64,000 nt of DNA from Mobula hypostoma (lineage: Eukaryota), in NCBI RefSeq assembly GCF_963921235.1, contig NC_086108.1, forward strand, positions 108,068,001 to 108,132,000, given 5' to 3'. Position 1 is the stretch's first letter, and every line of letters begins with the position of its first letter. Made by a program: the position numbers and the translations under genes. The notes beneath the pieces are model-generated. The model did no database searches. It was not told where the DNA came from and saw only the letters and a list, made by a program, of their open reading frames with translations. Below, in pieces: positions 26,880 through 39,994 of the stretch.

Positions 26880-27530
26880 CCCCAGAAGTAGGACTGAGCA
26901 ATTTCAAGTTCCTGGGTATCAATATCTCTGAGGATCTATCCTGGTCCCAACTTACCAATGCAACTACAAAGAAGGCATGGAGTTTGGAGTTAGGAGTTTG
27001 GGAAGAGTTGGTATGTCACCAAAAAACACTAGAAAATTTCTACAGATGTATCAAGGAGAGAATTCTAACTGGTTGCATCATCTTCCAGTATAGGATAGCT
27101 ACTGTACAGAATTAAAATTAGCTGCAGAGAGTTATAAACTCAGTCACCTCCACCATGGGCACTAGCCTCCATAGTATCTGGACATCTTCAAAGAGCGGCA
27201 TCCATCATTAAGGACCAACATCATCCAGATCATGCCCTCTTTGCATTGCTACCATCAAGAAGAAAGTACAGAAGCCTGAAGGCACACACTCAGATATTTA
27301 GGAACAGCTTCTTCCCCTCTGCCATCTGATTTCTGAATAGACATTGAACCCATGAACGCTACCTTACTAGTATTTTATTTCTGTTGTTGTGCTACATATT
27401 TCATTTAATTATATATATATATAGTAATTCATAGTTATTTTCTATTGTTATGTTTTGCATTGTACTGCTGTCGCAATGCCAACAAATTTTACGACATATG
27501 CTGGTGATATTAAAACTGATTCTGATTCTA
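26880..27530 (+). mobile_element. Rex1/Babar-like LINE 3' fragment
   Basis: FKFLGINISEDLSW and SIIKDQHHPDHALFALLPS...RNSFFPSAI motifs with a GATTCT tail. Related copies on the minus strand at 28140-28630, 30650-31130 and 40720-41060. Confidence 0.75.
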
Positions 27531-28777
27531 ATATGCTGTATTTCAGTTATTCCCTGACACCCTCAGGACGACACCTTTAGTACATTTGGTCAACATTGTA
27601 ACCACGGTGTTACGAGGTAGAAAGATTATACGTCCATGCTTGTGCCCGCTTGGCCCTAGAGCACCAATGTATGCACGCACACACACACACCCTATTTACA
27701 TTGAAGTAGTCATTAGCTCTGCAGTTGGAAAATGTGAATGATGAATTTTATCCTTGTTTCAGACCATAATTGGTAATTAGGTTCATTACTGTAGATGTGG
27801 AGAGGATGTTTCCTGTAGTGGGGGAATTCTAGGACCAAAGGGCGCAGTATCAGAATAGAGGGATGCCCCTTTAGAACAGAGATGAGGAGGAATTTCTTTA
27901 TCCAGAGGGTGGTGAATCTATGGAATTCATTGCCACAGACGGCTTTAAAATGGAGTTTGTTAGATACTTGATTAGTAAGGGCTGTTGAAGGTTATGGGGA
28001 GAAGGCAGGAGAATAAGGTTGAGAGGGATAATAAATCAGCCATGATTGAATGGTGGAGCAGGCTCAATAGGCTGAACTCTGCTCCTGTGTCTTATAGTCT
28101 TATGATCTTATGTCATAGCCCTTTTGGTGAGGATCCTTGTTGGAATCAGAATCAGGTTTAATATCACCGGCATTTGTTGTGAAATTTGTTGTCCTTGTGG
28201 CAGCAGTGCAATGGAATACATAATAATAGAGAGAAAGAAACTATGAATTGTACTAAGTATGTGTATATATTAAATAGTTAAATTAAGTAAGTAGTGCTAA
28301 GATAAAAGATAAAAAGAAGTAGTGAGTTAGTGTCCATGGGTTCAATGGTCATTCAGAAATCAAATGGCAGAGGGGAAGAAGGCGTTCCTGAAATGTTGAG
28401 TGTGTGTCTTCAGGCTCTTGTACCTCCTCCCTGATGGTAGCACGGAGAAGAGAGCATGTCCTGGGTGATGGTGGTCCTTAATGATGCAGCTGCCTTTTTG
28501 AGGCATCATTCCTTGAAGATGTCCTGGATACTATGGAGACTGTTTACGGAGACTATGGCGATGACTAAGTTTATAACTCTCTGCAGCTTAATTTGATTCC
28601 GTGCAGCAGCCCCCACTCCCTCATACCAGACTTGTTGAGGCAGCACTGTATGTGGGTACTACAACACGGCATGTTGCCGCCAGTAGGTTCGTGTGAACCC
28701 TGAGTGAGATGGTTTGTGGTCTCTGAGCTCCCTTGTTGAGCTTTGCAACTTTGCTCGATTCAGACGCATTGGAGTGT

Positions 28778-29051
28778 TTCTCTCTCTCTCTCTCTCTCTG
28801 TCTTTCTCTACCTCTCTGTACCTCTCTATCTCTCTCCATTCTATCTCTCTCTCTCTCTCTCTCTATCTCTTTCTATTTCTCTCTCTCTCTCCATTCTATC
28901 TCTCTCTCTACCTGTCTCTCTCGCTATCTTTATCTCTCTATCTATCTTTATCTCTCTCTCTCTCTATCTCTCACCCTCTATCTCTCTATTTCTCTCTCCC
29001 TCTATCTCTATCTCTCTATTCCCCCCCCCTCTCTTTCTCTCTCTATCTCTC
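28778..29051. repeat. (CT)n/TCTA compound microsatellite
   Basis: Directly visible. Confidence 0.95.
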
Positions 29052-31633
29052 CTGAAGATTGTCTGTGGGAATGTTTGATGGCCCAACTACACTGAATCAA
29101 GAGGAGCATTTAGATTTCTTAAATATTTGATAGCCACCAGCTAAAAATAAAATTGTATAGAGCCGCCCAGCTTTAGGGCAAGAAGCTGATAGATACATCA
29201 AAATGCTTTGCTGCGAAGTTTAATCTAAAGAACCAGTGGTGTCTGCCGAGTGCCTGAAAGGAGAGTTAAAACACAATCTGCCAGGGGTCACTGGTTGGCA
29301 GATCACATGTCTTTGTTTTAAAATTGTCAACTGTTAGTGAGCTGGGCCAGATTTTATTTTTGAGTTGGAAAGGTCAAGGTTTACGGGTCACACGTCATAT
29401 GGAACATAGATCATAGAAAAGTACAATCCCAACAGCCCATGATTTTTGTGCCAGCCTTTTAACCCACTCCAAGATCAATCTAATCCTTTTCTCCTGCATG
29501 GCCCTCTATTTTTATTTCATACGTGCCAATCTAGGAGTCTTTTAAATGTCTCTCCTCCCCGACCCATCTACCTTCCCCCTCAGCTGGTCTCACCGATCAC
29601 CTGCCAGCTTGTACTCCTTCCTCTCACCCTAACCTTCTTATTCTGGCTTCTTTCCCCTGCCTGTCCAGTCCTGATGAAGGATCTCAGCTTGAAACATTGA
29701 TTGTTTATTCCTTTCAATAGATGCCGAATTCCTCCAGCATTTTGTGTGGGTCGCTCTGGATTTCCAGCATCTGCAGAATCCCTTGTGTTTTTAAATGTCT
29801 CTAATGTACCTGCCTCCACTGCTACTCGTGGCAGGGCCGGGCAGGGCACTCCACGCACCCACCACTCTCCATGTAAAAACCCTACCTCTGACATCCCTCC
29901 CACACTTTCCTGCAATCGCTTTAAAACTATGCCTCCTCAAATTAGCCATTTCCACCCTGGGAGAAAGGCACTGTCTGTCCGATCGATCTATGCCTCTTAT
30001 CATCTTGACAAACACTTCATGGGATAGCCGTGTGTATCTGAGGTCAGCTGGGGAGCCCCTGTGAGGTCACATCCGCCTGAGGGTTACCGGGATTGTTCTA
30101 GAGTTAGGAGGGGTCATGGGAGATAGGTTTAGACCATTCAGACTCTCAAACATGTGGGCAGAGTTAGGCCACTCAGTCAATCAATCATTGCTGAATTGTA
30201 TTTTCTAACCTCATTCTTTCAACTTCTCCTCTTAACCCTTAACCCCATAACCAATCAAGAACATATCAATCTCTACATTAAAGGTCAAATCATTGGCTGT
30301 ATTTATAGCCCTCTCAATTCGGATCATCAGATTCACCACCCTCTGGCTGAAGAAGTACTTCTACATCTCTTTTCTAAAGGGAGATCATCCTATTCTGAGG
30401 CTTTAGACTTTCCCACAATTGGAAATATCCTCCCCATGTCCACTCTATCCAGATCTTTCAGAAATCGACTGCAATGAGACTTCCTGTCATCCGTATGAAC
30501 CCCAATGAGTATAGGCCCAGAGACATCAAGATCTCCTCGCATGTTAAACCTTTCATTCCAGGGATCTTTCTCATGAACTTCCCCTCAACTCTCTCCAAGG
30601 CCAGCACATCTTTCCTGAGATACAGTACCCAAATCGCTCATAATATTCCAAATCAGAATCAGGTTTAATAACACCAGCATATATCATGGAATTTGTTGTC
30701 TTTGCAATAGTTGTACAATGCAATGCATAATAATAGAGGAAAAATGTGAATTACAGTAACTACATGTAATAAATAGTTAAATTAAATAAGTAGTGTAAAA
30801 ATAGAAATTAAAAAATGGTGAGGCAGTGTTCATGGGTTCAATGTCCATTTAGGAATTGGATGGCAGAGGGGAAGAAGCTGTTCCTGAATCATTGAGTGTG
30901 TGCCCTTTGGCTGTTGCACTCTTCCTCCTGATGTGAACAATGGGAACAGGGCATGACCTGGGTGATAGGGGTCCTTAATGTTGGATGCCGCCTTTTTGAG
31001 ACATGGCTCCTTGTAGATGTCCTGGATATTACATCTGTAGAAATTTTCGAGTGTTTCTGGAGACATACCAAATCTCCTCAAACTCCGAATAAAATATAGC
31101 CTGCGTCAACATGTTGGATCCGGGATAGATTATCAAAGATACTGGACAATGCTTCCTGACCAACAATTTTCAAAGTCTCAGTAGTGACTCCTTTGATCTT
31201 ACATTTGTTATGTTTTGTTCTCTTGTGAAACAGAAGGAGGCCATTTGACCTATCAGGTTCATGCTGATCCCCCAGAGCAATCCCATCAATGTATTCAACT
31301 CCCTATTTTCTTGTAATATATTTTCTCTGCAATTGCCCCACCCAAACTTGGTAAAATTTAAAGCTCAAAGTTCAAACTAAAATTATTGTCAAAGTACATA
31401 TATGTCACCATACACCAACCCTGAGATTTGTTTTCCTGCGGGCATTCACAGTAAATACAAGAAACACAAACAAATCAATGAAAGACTGTCCCCAATAGGA
31501 CAGGCAGTCCCTGTGCAAAAAAAACCTGCAAATACGAAAGGTAATAATAATAATAATAACATGAACACAGATAATATTACAACTGATCTGTTATTACAGA
31601 TAGGACAATCTATAATCACCATTTGGATATAAT

Positions 31634-31865
31634 CTCCTTCTCTTCGGTTGTCCATCAAAATCTGATGACGACGTCCACTCCTTTAACGGTGAGATCTTTG
31701 ATGACTATACAGTCCTATCCTGGACCCACAAGCTCTATTGCAGGTGGGACATGTGTATGTGGTAGTGGTGGCAACCATGGCTGCATTTCTCCTGGCTCTC
31801 TTCTGCTGTCTTCTGGTTGTTCTTTCCATCTCCAGAATACGAACCCCGTCCCTTCCCAGCTGTCG
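31634..31865 (-). mobile_element. RTE LINE 3' end inserted in the RLE fragment
   Basis: TYTCPTCNRACGSRIGLYSHQRSHR. GATATAAT appears on both sides as a possible TSD. Confidence 0.75.
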
Positions 31866-32084
31866 CCAGATATAATAATACAGGATAAACAAGCAAGAAC
31901 AAATTACTTAATAGATATAGCCATTTCAAGCACATATAACATACAGAAATCAATAAGTGAAAAAACACCAGAAATATGCTGAATTAAAAGAGGAAACTGA
32001 AAGACTTTGGAACATGAACCTGATTGTCCTGATAGTAATATCTACATCCGGTATCATCCCAAAGTCACTACATTGAACAATTAC

Positions 32085-32488
32085 TTTACGTTATTACTTT
32101 ATTGTCGCCAAACAATTGATACTAGAGCGTACAATCATCACAGCGATATTTGATTCTGCGCTTCGTGCTCCCTGGAGTACAAATCGATAGTAATTATAAT
32201 AAAAATTTAAATTATAAATCATAAATGGAAAATAGAAAAGGTAGTGCAAAAAAACCGAGAGGCAGGTCCGGATATTTGGAGGGTACGGCCCAGATCCGGG
32301 TCAGGATCTGTTCAGCAATCTTATCACAGTTGGAAAGAAGCTGTTCCCAAATCTGGCCATACGAGATTTCAGGCTCCTGAACCTTCTCCCGGAGGGAAGA
32401 GGGACGAAAAGTGTGTTGGCTGGGTGGGTCGTGTCCTTGATTAACCTGGCAGCACTGCTCCGACAGCGTGTGGTGTAAAGTGAGTCCG
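32085..32488 (-). mobile_element. Rex1/Babar-like 3' fragment nested in the RLE fragment
   Basis: Minus strand ...IKDTTHPANTLFVPLPSGRRFRSLKSRMARFGNSFFPTVIRLLN. Confidence 0.7.
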
Positions 32489-33379
32489 ATTAGGACTACG
32501 CAGCAATATCAATGTAAATCTTCAGAAAGCCACAATGCTAAATACTATTAGAATAGTCCAAAAAAGCTTGAAAACGAATCTGGAAACCATGTGCTATAAG
32601 TTGGCGGCAAAAAATAGTCCAAAAGTTCGTAGCAATTGAGAAACAAGTGTGCTTGGCTATGCCCTCAACTCAGTTTTACCAGTATGAGTGAAGAAAAAAA
32701 ATAAAAATGGTAATAAATAAATAAGTAAACAATAAATGTTGAGAGCATGAAATGAAGAGGCCTTGAAAGTGAGTCCATAGGTTGTGGGAACAGTTCAGTT
32801 TTGGGGTGAGTGACGTTATCCCCTCTGGTTTGGGAGTCTGATTGTTGAGGGGTAAACCCTTTTCTGAAGCTGGCAGTGTGGGTCCTGAGCTTCCTGTACC
32901 TTCATCCTGATCCTTACAATTACCAGTGAACATTTAGCACCTTTCTGGGGTGTAGGAGGAAACTAGAGCACTTGTGGGGGTGGGGGGGACCCACACAGTC
33001 ACAGTGTGAATATGCAAGCTCCCACACACAGACAGTGTCTGAAAAAAGGTTTGAGCAGGAATCTCTGGTGCTATTGTGCCTCTATGCTATACTTACTGCT
33101 TGTGGCAAAGGATAGAAATCGGTGACCTCCTACCCCACTACTGTCCTCACCACCCTTTGGAAACCACTTGTGGGACCTTCAGTGGAAAACCAGGAATCAA
33201 ATGCACACTTCAAGCTTATAAGGTGGTTAAGACCATAAGATATAGAAGCAAAATCAGGCCATTTGGTGCATCGACTCTGCTCCACCATTCAATCATGGTT
33301 GATCTTTAAGATGGCGTATGGTGTGTAGATCACCTCTAGTCAGGGGACTAAGTTCAAGAGCACCAGGTAACGATGTAGC

Positions 33380-33905
33380 TTGATAAGTATCTAGTTAGAC
33401 TGCACTTGGACTGTTGTGTTCAGTTTTGTCCACCTCACTATAAAAGGATGCGGAACCTTTAAGAGGATGCGGAGAGTTACCAAGATACTGCCTGGACTAG
33501 AGAGCATGTCTTGTGAAGATAAGTTGAGTGAGCTGGTGCTTTCCTCTTTGGAGCAAAGGAGGATGAGAGGTGACTTGATAGAGGTTTACCAGATGGTAAG
33601 AGGCATAGATTGATTGGATAGCCAAAGACCTTTCCCCATGGCAAAAATGGGTATTACAAGGGGACAATTTTAAGTTGATTGGAGGAATGCAGAGGGTGGA
33701 TGCCAGTGGTAAGTTCATAGAATGTACTGGTGGTAGAGGTAGATACGTTAGGGACTTTTAAGAAACTCTTAGGTAGGCACATGGAGGATTGAAAAATGGT
33801 GGACAGTGTAGAAGGGAAGGGTTAGATTGTTTTCAGAGCAGGGTAAAAGGTCAGCACAACATTGTGGGGCAAAGGGCCTGTACTGTGCTGTAATGTTGTA
33901 AGTTC
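33380..33905 (+). mobile_element. CR1 LINE 3' fragment
   Basis: TKILPGLESMSCEDKLSELVLSSLEQRRMRGDLIEVY. Similar fragments at 27790-28110, 36220-36885, 38790-39190 (-), 41575-41980 and 44020-44470. Confidence 0.85.
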
Positions 33906-34399
33906 CGTGCAAGTGTGAGATCCTCTGTCTGATCCAATTTGGGACGATGGGCTCCCAGGGTTTTTGCCCGTTCTGAAAGCTCTGATACCAAAGGCGAGCT
34001 GTAATCTCAGCTGTTTGACTTGCATCTGGAGAGGTCACGTGTTTTTGAATAGGTCAGGTCCTCCGAGGATGATTTCTGTAAACCGATCCCACTAATAACA
34101 TCGTCAAAACCAGATTACTCCATTTCAGCTTTGCTGGAGAACCGGTGATTATATCATACCCACAGTGAGTAAATGTTGGGTTCGTAATGCCTTCAACATG
34201 GTGAATGGGGTCCCACAGCCTCTCGTCGCACAGAGGTCAGAGAAAGTGAGTGAGTGGTTTTGACAGCGGGTGTGGGAGGGGTTCTCGCCTTGGAATGCTG
34301 GCAGGAGGGGAGTCTGTTCTCCCCAAAACCCCTCAAGTGCCTTGGGCTCAAGGCAGTTTCTGATTGCAGACTTCGGCTACTTTCATGCTTGGTGTTCTC

Positions 34400-34995
34400 A
34401 GCCAGGTTTCTTAAGGTTGTTATAGTGGGGGTGGGGGGATTAGTGTGGTGGTTGGGTGATACTAGAGACCAGCTCCTACTACCTATTTAATGCTCCCAGT
34501 AGTGTGCATCTCAAATAGCCTCCGACAACTAAGTCCAGCTCCTGGCCTTCATGTGTGGCTTAGCTACTAAGTTCAGTGAAACCATTACTACCGACAGGAG
34601 AAGGGGCAAAGGTGGGTTACTGGCGCCTTAAAACCAGTCGCTTTGTGCAGATGGGGCTCGTCAGCCGTGGTTGGCAGCTCATCTGGGAGAAGGAAAACTC
34701 TGATCTCAAACCTCCGCTGCCTTGCGGCTGTACCCACTCATGGGGGAGGTTTTAGGGTAAACCCCGAGGGGAAAATCCGGAGCTGGAGCCCTTAAGGCAG
34801 TTCTGTGTTAACTTTGACACTGACTGGCAACTCTTGCAACGCCACTGGTGCCAAACTGTGCCATTCTCTACTGTTCCTTTGGATTCATCGGCTGCGAAAA
34901 GAGAGAGAGTCTCCTGTATGGGCAAGACCTCCTCTCCACATGATACTGCCACAGCGTGCTTATCAACTGACGAAACCAGCTAGGATGCAACATAT
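34400..34995 (+). mobile_element. RTE-related non-autonomous interspersed repeat
   Basis: An inverted homolog lies at ~47965-48550, sharing the AAAACCAGT and GGAAAACTCTGATCTCAAACCTCCGCTGCCTTGCGGCT blocks. Confidence 0.6.
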
Positions 34996-35563
34996 ATGAG
35001 AGGCGCAGATAGGGTAGAGGGTCAGAATGCTTCTCACAGGGTGGAAATAACAGGTATTAGACAGCAGGCATTTAAGGAGAGGGTGGAAAATTCAAAGGAG
35101 ATGTGTACGGGGAGTTTTTAGTTCAGAGAATTGTAGGTGCGAAGAACGGGGTACCAGAGGTGCTGGTGGAAGCAAATGCAATTGTGGCATTTCAGAAGTT
35201 GCCTGACTCATGAATAGACGGGTGGTTCATGTGCAGGCAATATTAAAGCAATATTAAATAAATATTAAAGAAGGATAAGTTATTTCTCACATGTACAATG
35301 AAACGTGTGGTAAAATGCGTCATTTGAGTCCGATCCATTTGGTGAAGATTGTGCTGGGGGCAGCCTGTAAATGGCACCATGTTTCCAGTGTCAACATAGC
35401 ATGGCCACGACTCACTGACCCTGACTGTACACCTTTGGAAAGAGGGAAGAAACCAGAAGACAGAGAGGAAGCCTATATGGTCACACAGAGAACATGTAGA
35501 AGCCTTACAGACAATGGCGGGAACTGAACGCGAATCTTACGGCTGGAGCTGTAAAGCCATTGA

Positions 35564-36005
35564 CGTCTTCTTGCGCCCTTAGCTCCTGGTGGAGTCATCG
35601 GGGCACCGTCACGACAAGCTTTGCACCAGTTTGGTGGGCTCATCATGCGGCGTGTCTTGGGTATCTGAAACCTGGCGGAGCCCATCCCTCTCCAGGTTTG
35701 ATCTCAGCCGATTTCCTCCAGCTAGGTGGCTCGCCTTGGTCATGAACACGTGGCCGTTATAGTTCATCTGAGAACCCTTCCACCCCGGCCGGTGACTTCA
35801 CCATGGAAGTCTTTCGCCCAGTGGTGCCGCGTTAACACCACCCCCTCACCATCTGAAGTGGTTTACCGGGGTATGGCGCTGGGAGCCAACACGTGAGAGA
35901 TTTAGGAGATGGATGAGGACCAGTGATGCCCGTCCACCCTGTATAGTAGGGAGCAGCATGCCAGACATCAAAGGTGCTACCTCTATCCAGAGCCCCCTAT
36001 ACCCC
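35564..36005 (-). mobile_element. Unclassified 442-bp GC-rich insertion in a V-SINE head
   Basis: 11-bp TSD AAAGCCATTGA at 35553-35563 and 36006-36016. The SINE continues on both sides. Confidence 0.7.
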
Positions 36006-39000
36006 AAAGCCATTGAGCTAACTAACAAACTACCATAATGCCCTACACTCTGCCATGCTCCACTGCATATGCTGCCTGGATTAGAGCTAATGAGCAATGA
36101 GGAAAGGTTGGACAAATAGGGTTATTTTTTTCTCTTCTTTCATTTTAAGCTCAGCTCTCTAGTTCTCAACACCAAGCCCGTGTAAAAGACTGAGTGCATT
36201 CACCACATTTTATGTATGAAAAGATGTGCTGGTACCGCAGAGAGTCCAGAGGAGGTTGATGGGAACGATTCCAGGAATGAAAGGCTTAACGTGTGAGGGG
36301 TGTTTGATGACCCCTGGCCTGTACTCACTGGAGCTTAGAAGAATGAAGGCGAATCTCATTGAAATCCATCGAATAATGAAGGGCCTAGATGGAGTGGACG
36401 TGGAGTAGATGTTTTGTATAGTGGGGGCACAGCTACAGAGCAGAGAGGTGTACATTTAGAACAGAGATGAGGAAGATTTTATTTATCCAGAGGGTAGTGA
36501 ACCTGTGGAATCTATTGCTGCAGTCTGCTGTGTAGGCAAAGGCATTGGGTATATTTAAAGCAGAGGTTGATAGGTTCTTGATTAGTCAGGGTGTCAAAGG
36601 TTACGAGGAGAAGGCAAGAGAATGGAGCTGAGAGGAAAAATAGACTAGCCATGAAGGAATTGCAGAGCAAACTTGATGTGCCGAGTAGTCTAATTCGGCT
36701 CCTTTATCTTCTGATTATATGGAGGTTGATAAGTTCTTGATTAGTCAGGGTGTCAAAGGTTACAAGGAGAAGGCAGCAATATGGTGTTGACAAGGATAAT
36801 AAATCAGCCATGATAGAATGGCAGAGGAAACTGAATGGGCCGAATGGCCTAATTCTGCTCCTTTGTCATATGGTCTTATGGTCTTATCTCCACTTCGGGC
36901 AGTACAGGCTCTGTCTTCTCGTGGCGCGATACCTTCACATTGAATTGCCGTTCCGGAACTGTGTGCATGACAAGTGTATCCTTCCTCCGACACAGAATTG
37001 GAGGAGATAAATCCCCTGACACACACACACACAAGGAGTTCAGAGTGGGAGGTCTCTCTTCTGCCTGCTTCCATTATCATTGAGCAGAGACTTGTGTGGA
37101 GAGGTTCCATTTCCCGTCAGATGACAGATTGGTGATGACAATTAGCTCGATAGCCTGGCAAGAGGATAATGTATTTGCATCACATCCTTTATTCCTAACT
37201 GCCTTAGGACACACAGAGTACTTCACTGCCAAAACAAAAGGGCTTTTGGACACTGTTTCAATCTGGGATTTAGCATTGCCAGTTACTGGAGAGCAAGATG
37301 CTCTAAACAGCAATGAGAAGAAGGCTAAATAGATTCAAGATTGTCTATTGTCTTTTCCCATACACATTGTAAAGGAGAACAAAATAATCGTTACTCTGGA
37401 TATGATGCAACATGAAAAATCCACAATAAGATAAAGAACACAATAATAAAAAAAATATAAATACATATGATAGTTTATATACAATACATAGATTGATTGT
37501 ATGCCCATAAGACCATAAGACATAGGAGCAGAATTAGGCCATCTGGCTCATCGAGTCTGCTCTGCCATTCAATCATGGCTGATGCTTTTTTCTCTCCTCC
37601 CCAACCCCAGTTCCCGGCCTTCTCCCCGTAACCTTTGATGCCATGTCTAATCAAGAACCTCTCAATCTCTGCCTTAACTACACCCAACAACCTGGGCTCC
37701 ACAGCTGCATGTGGCAACAAATTCCCCAAATTCACCATCCTTTGGCTAAGGAAGTTTCTCTGAGCATACAAGCTCGTTACAGACAGGTGCAGGAGGTATA
37801 TAAAATTATAAGGGGTGTAGCTAGGATGGTCTTTTTGCCAGGGAAGGGGAATAAAAAACTAGAGGGCAAAGGTTTACAGTAAAAAGGGGAAATATTTTAA
37901 AAGGACCTGGGAGGTGCCTGTACAGACAGTCACCTCCCAGTCTCCACCCAACTAACAGGAGTCACCTACCACCCATTTCCAATTCATCACCTGCAGCCTA
38001 TTTAAACCCGACTGTCATCCACAATCCTTGTCCACTCCTGCGCACCAGCTAGGCTCAACCAGTTGCTCCTAGCTTTCATTTTTTTATTATCTCATTTTGT
38101 GGTTCCCTTGTGGCTTGTTATCTTGCAGCTCATTATTAAAGTTCTCACTCACTGCTAAATTATCTCTGCTGCTGTGCGTCAGGATCAAGACTCTTCTATA
38201 TTCCCAGACACATGAGAGGAAATTTCTTCACGTGGAGAGTGGTACTGGGAGGAAACAATCTTCCAAAGGAAGATACAATAAGAGCACTTAAAGGATATGT
38301 AGATAGGACTTGGAGAGATATGGGTCAAATGTAGATAGCTTGGGTGGGCATTGTTTGACAAATACGAGGTGGGCCAAAGTGCCTGTTTGCATGCTATAGT
38401 GCTCTATGACTCTATGATGACTGTTTTTTTGTAACAGAGTCATAAAGTACTGCTGCACACAAATAGGCCCTTCAGGCCATCTAGTCCATGCCAACCCGAT
38501 CTTCTGCCTAGTCCCATCTGCATTCACCCAGATTATACCCCTCTAGCCACTCCCATCTACCTGTCCAAAATTTCCCTTATATATTGCAAATGAACTCGCA
38601 TCTGCCACTTCTACTGGCTGCTCGTTCCACTCTCACACCACCCTCTGAGTGAAGATTCCGCTCTGATTCCTCTTAAATATTTCAAATCTGTCTGTCTCTC
38701 TATCTGTCTGTCTAATTTCGAAATACATTGAGGGATATGCCATTTGATTAACACTCCCCAGCAACCCCTTTAATCCTAGCTTATTCAAAGGACATAGAAA
38801 CACAGAAACATTGAAAACCTACAACACAATACAGGCCCTACGGCCCACAATGCTGTGCCAAACATGTACTTACTTTAGAAATTATCTAGGGTTACCCATA
38901 GCCCTCTATTTTTCTAAGCTCCATGTACTTATCTAGGAGTCTCTTAAAAGACCCTATCGTATCCGCCTCCACCACTGTCGCCGGCAGCCCATTCCACGCA

Positions 39001-39709
39001 CTCACCACTCTCTGAGTAAAAAGCTTACCCCTGACATCTCCTCTGTACCTACTTCCAAGCACCTTAAAACTGTGACCTCTTGTGTTAACCATTCCAACCC
39101 TTGGAAAAAGCCTCTATATATTCACACGATCAATGCCTCTCATCATCTTATACACCTCTATCAGGTCACCTCTCATCTTCCGTCGCTCTATGGACAATTT
39201 AGAATGGTCTACTAACTGGTCTTTGGACTGTGGAAGGAAAGGGGAGCACCCGGAAAAACCCACACATTCCATGGGGAGGACATACAGAGGCCAACAGGGT
39301 TGAACTCTGAACTCTAGGGCCCTGGGCTATAATAGTGCTGTGCTAACCGCTACACTATTATGGCATCTATGACCTCTAGTTCTAGTCTCACCTAACCAGA
39401 GGGGAAGAAGCCTGCATGCATACATGATTATAGTTGTCTATACCTCCCTGAGATTTTAACTGCACAAACACTCTGGTTCCCTTCATATCTGAAGATTTAT
39501 TGATCTTTCTATTGAATGTAGTCACAGCTGCCTTGAGTAGAGAATCCCAACAATTCACCACCCTCTCCGTGGAGCAATGTTTGCTCACCTTATGCCTGAC
39601 TGGCTGACCTCTTATTTCAAAACTGTGACCACCCCACCTCTGGACGCACCAGCCGCGGGGGAAATCAACTCTGAATCTAAGCTGTCAAACAAACCCTTTA
39701 AGGATTCAG

Positions 39710-39994
39710 AGCAACGCACACAAAATGCTGAAGGAACTCAGCAGGTCAGACAATATTATTGAAATGAATAAACAGTCAATGTTTTGAGCCCAGACCCTTC
39801 ACTAGGACTGGAAAGGAAAGAGAAAGAGGCCAGAATCTCACTTCGCTCTTCCTTTCCAGTACTGATGAAGGGTCTCAGCACCGCCTGTTTATTCTCCTCC
39901 ATAGAAGCTGCCTGATCTGCTGAGTTCCTCCAGCATTTTGTGAGTGTTGCCGTGGATTTCCAGCATCTCCAGCATCTCTTGTGCTTACATTGAT
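39710..39994. mobile_element. Short Penelope-derived fold-back insertion
   Basis: Inverted arms CAAAATGCTGAAGGAACTCAGCAG / CTGCTGAGTTCCTCCAGCATTTTG. GGATTCAG at 39702-39709 and 39995-40002. Confidence 0.75.

Larger units (their letters stand above)
31560..32700 (+). mobile_element. R4/Dong-type non-LTR retrotransposon 3' fragment (restriction-like endonuclease, RLE), interrupted
   Basis: Reads ITDRTIYN, then PDIIIQDKQARTNYLIDIAIS...EK/KYAELKEETERLW...IVISTSGIIPKSLH, then LQKATMLNTIRIVQKF. (TAA)6 at 31542-31559 on the left; A-rich plus TAATAATAA on the right. Confidence 0.75.

Noticed and set aside
34053..34164. Possible plus-strand exon (VRSSEDDFCKPIP...)
   Set aside because: All three frames stop before the better donor (GTGAGT at 34165), the acceptor is weak, and I recognise no homology.
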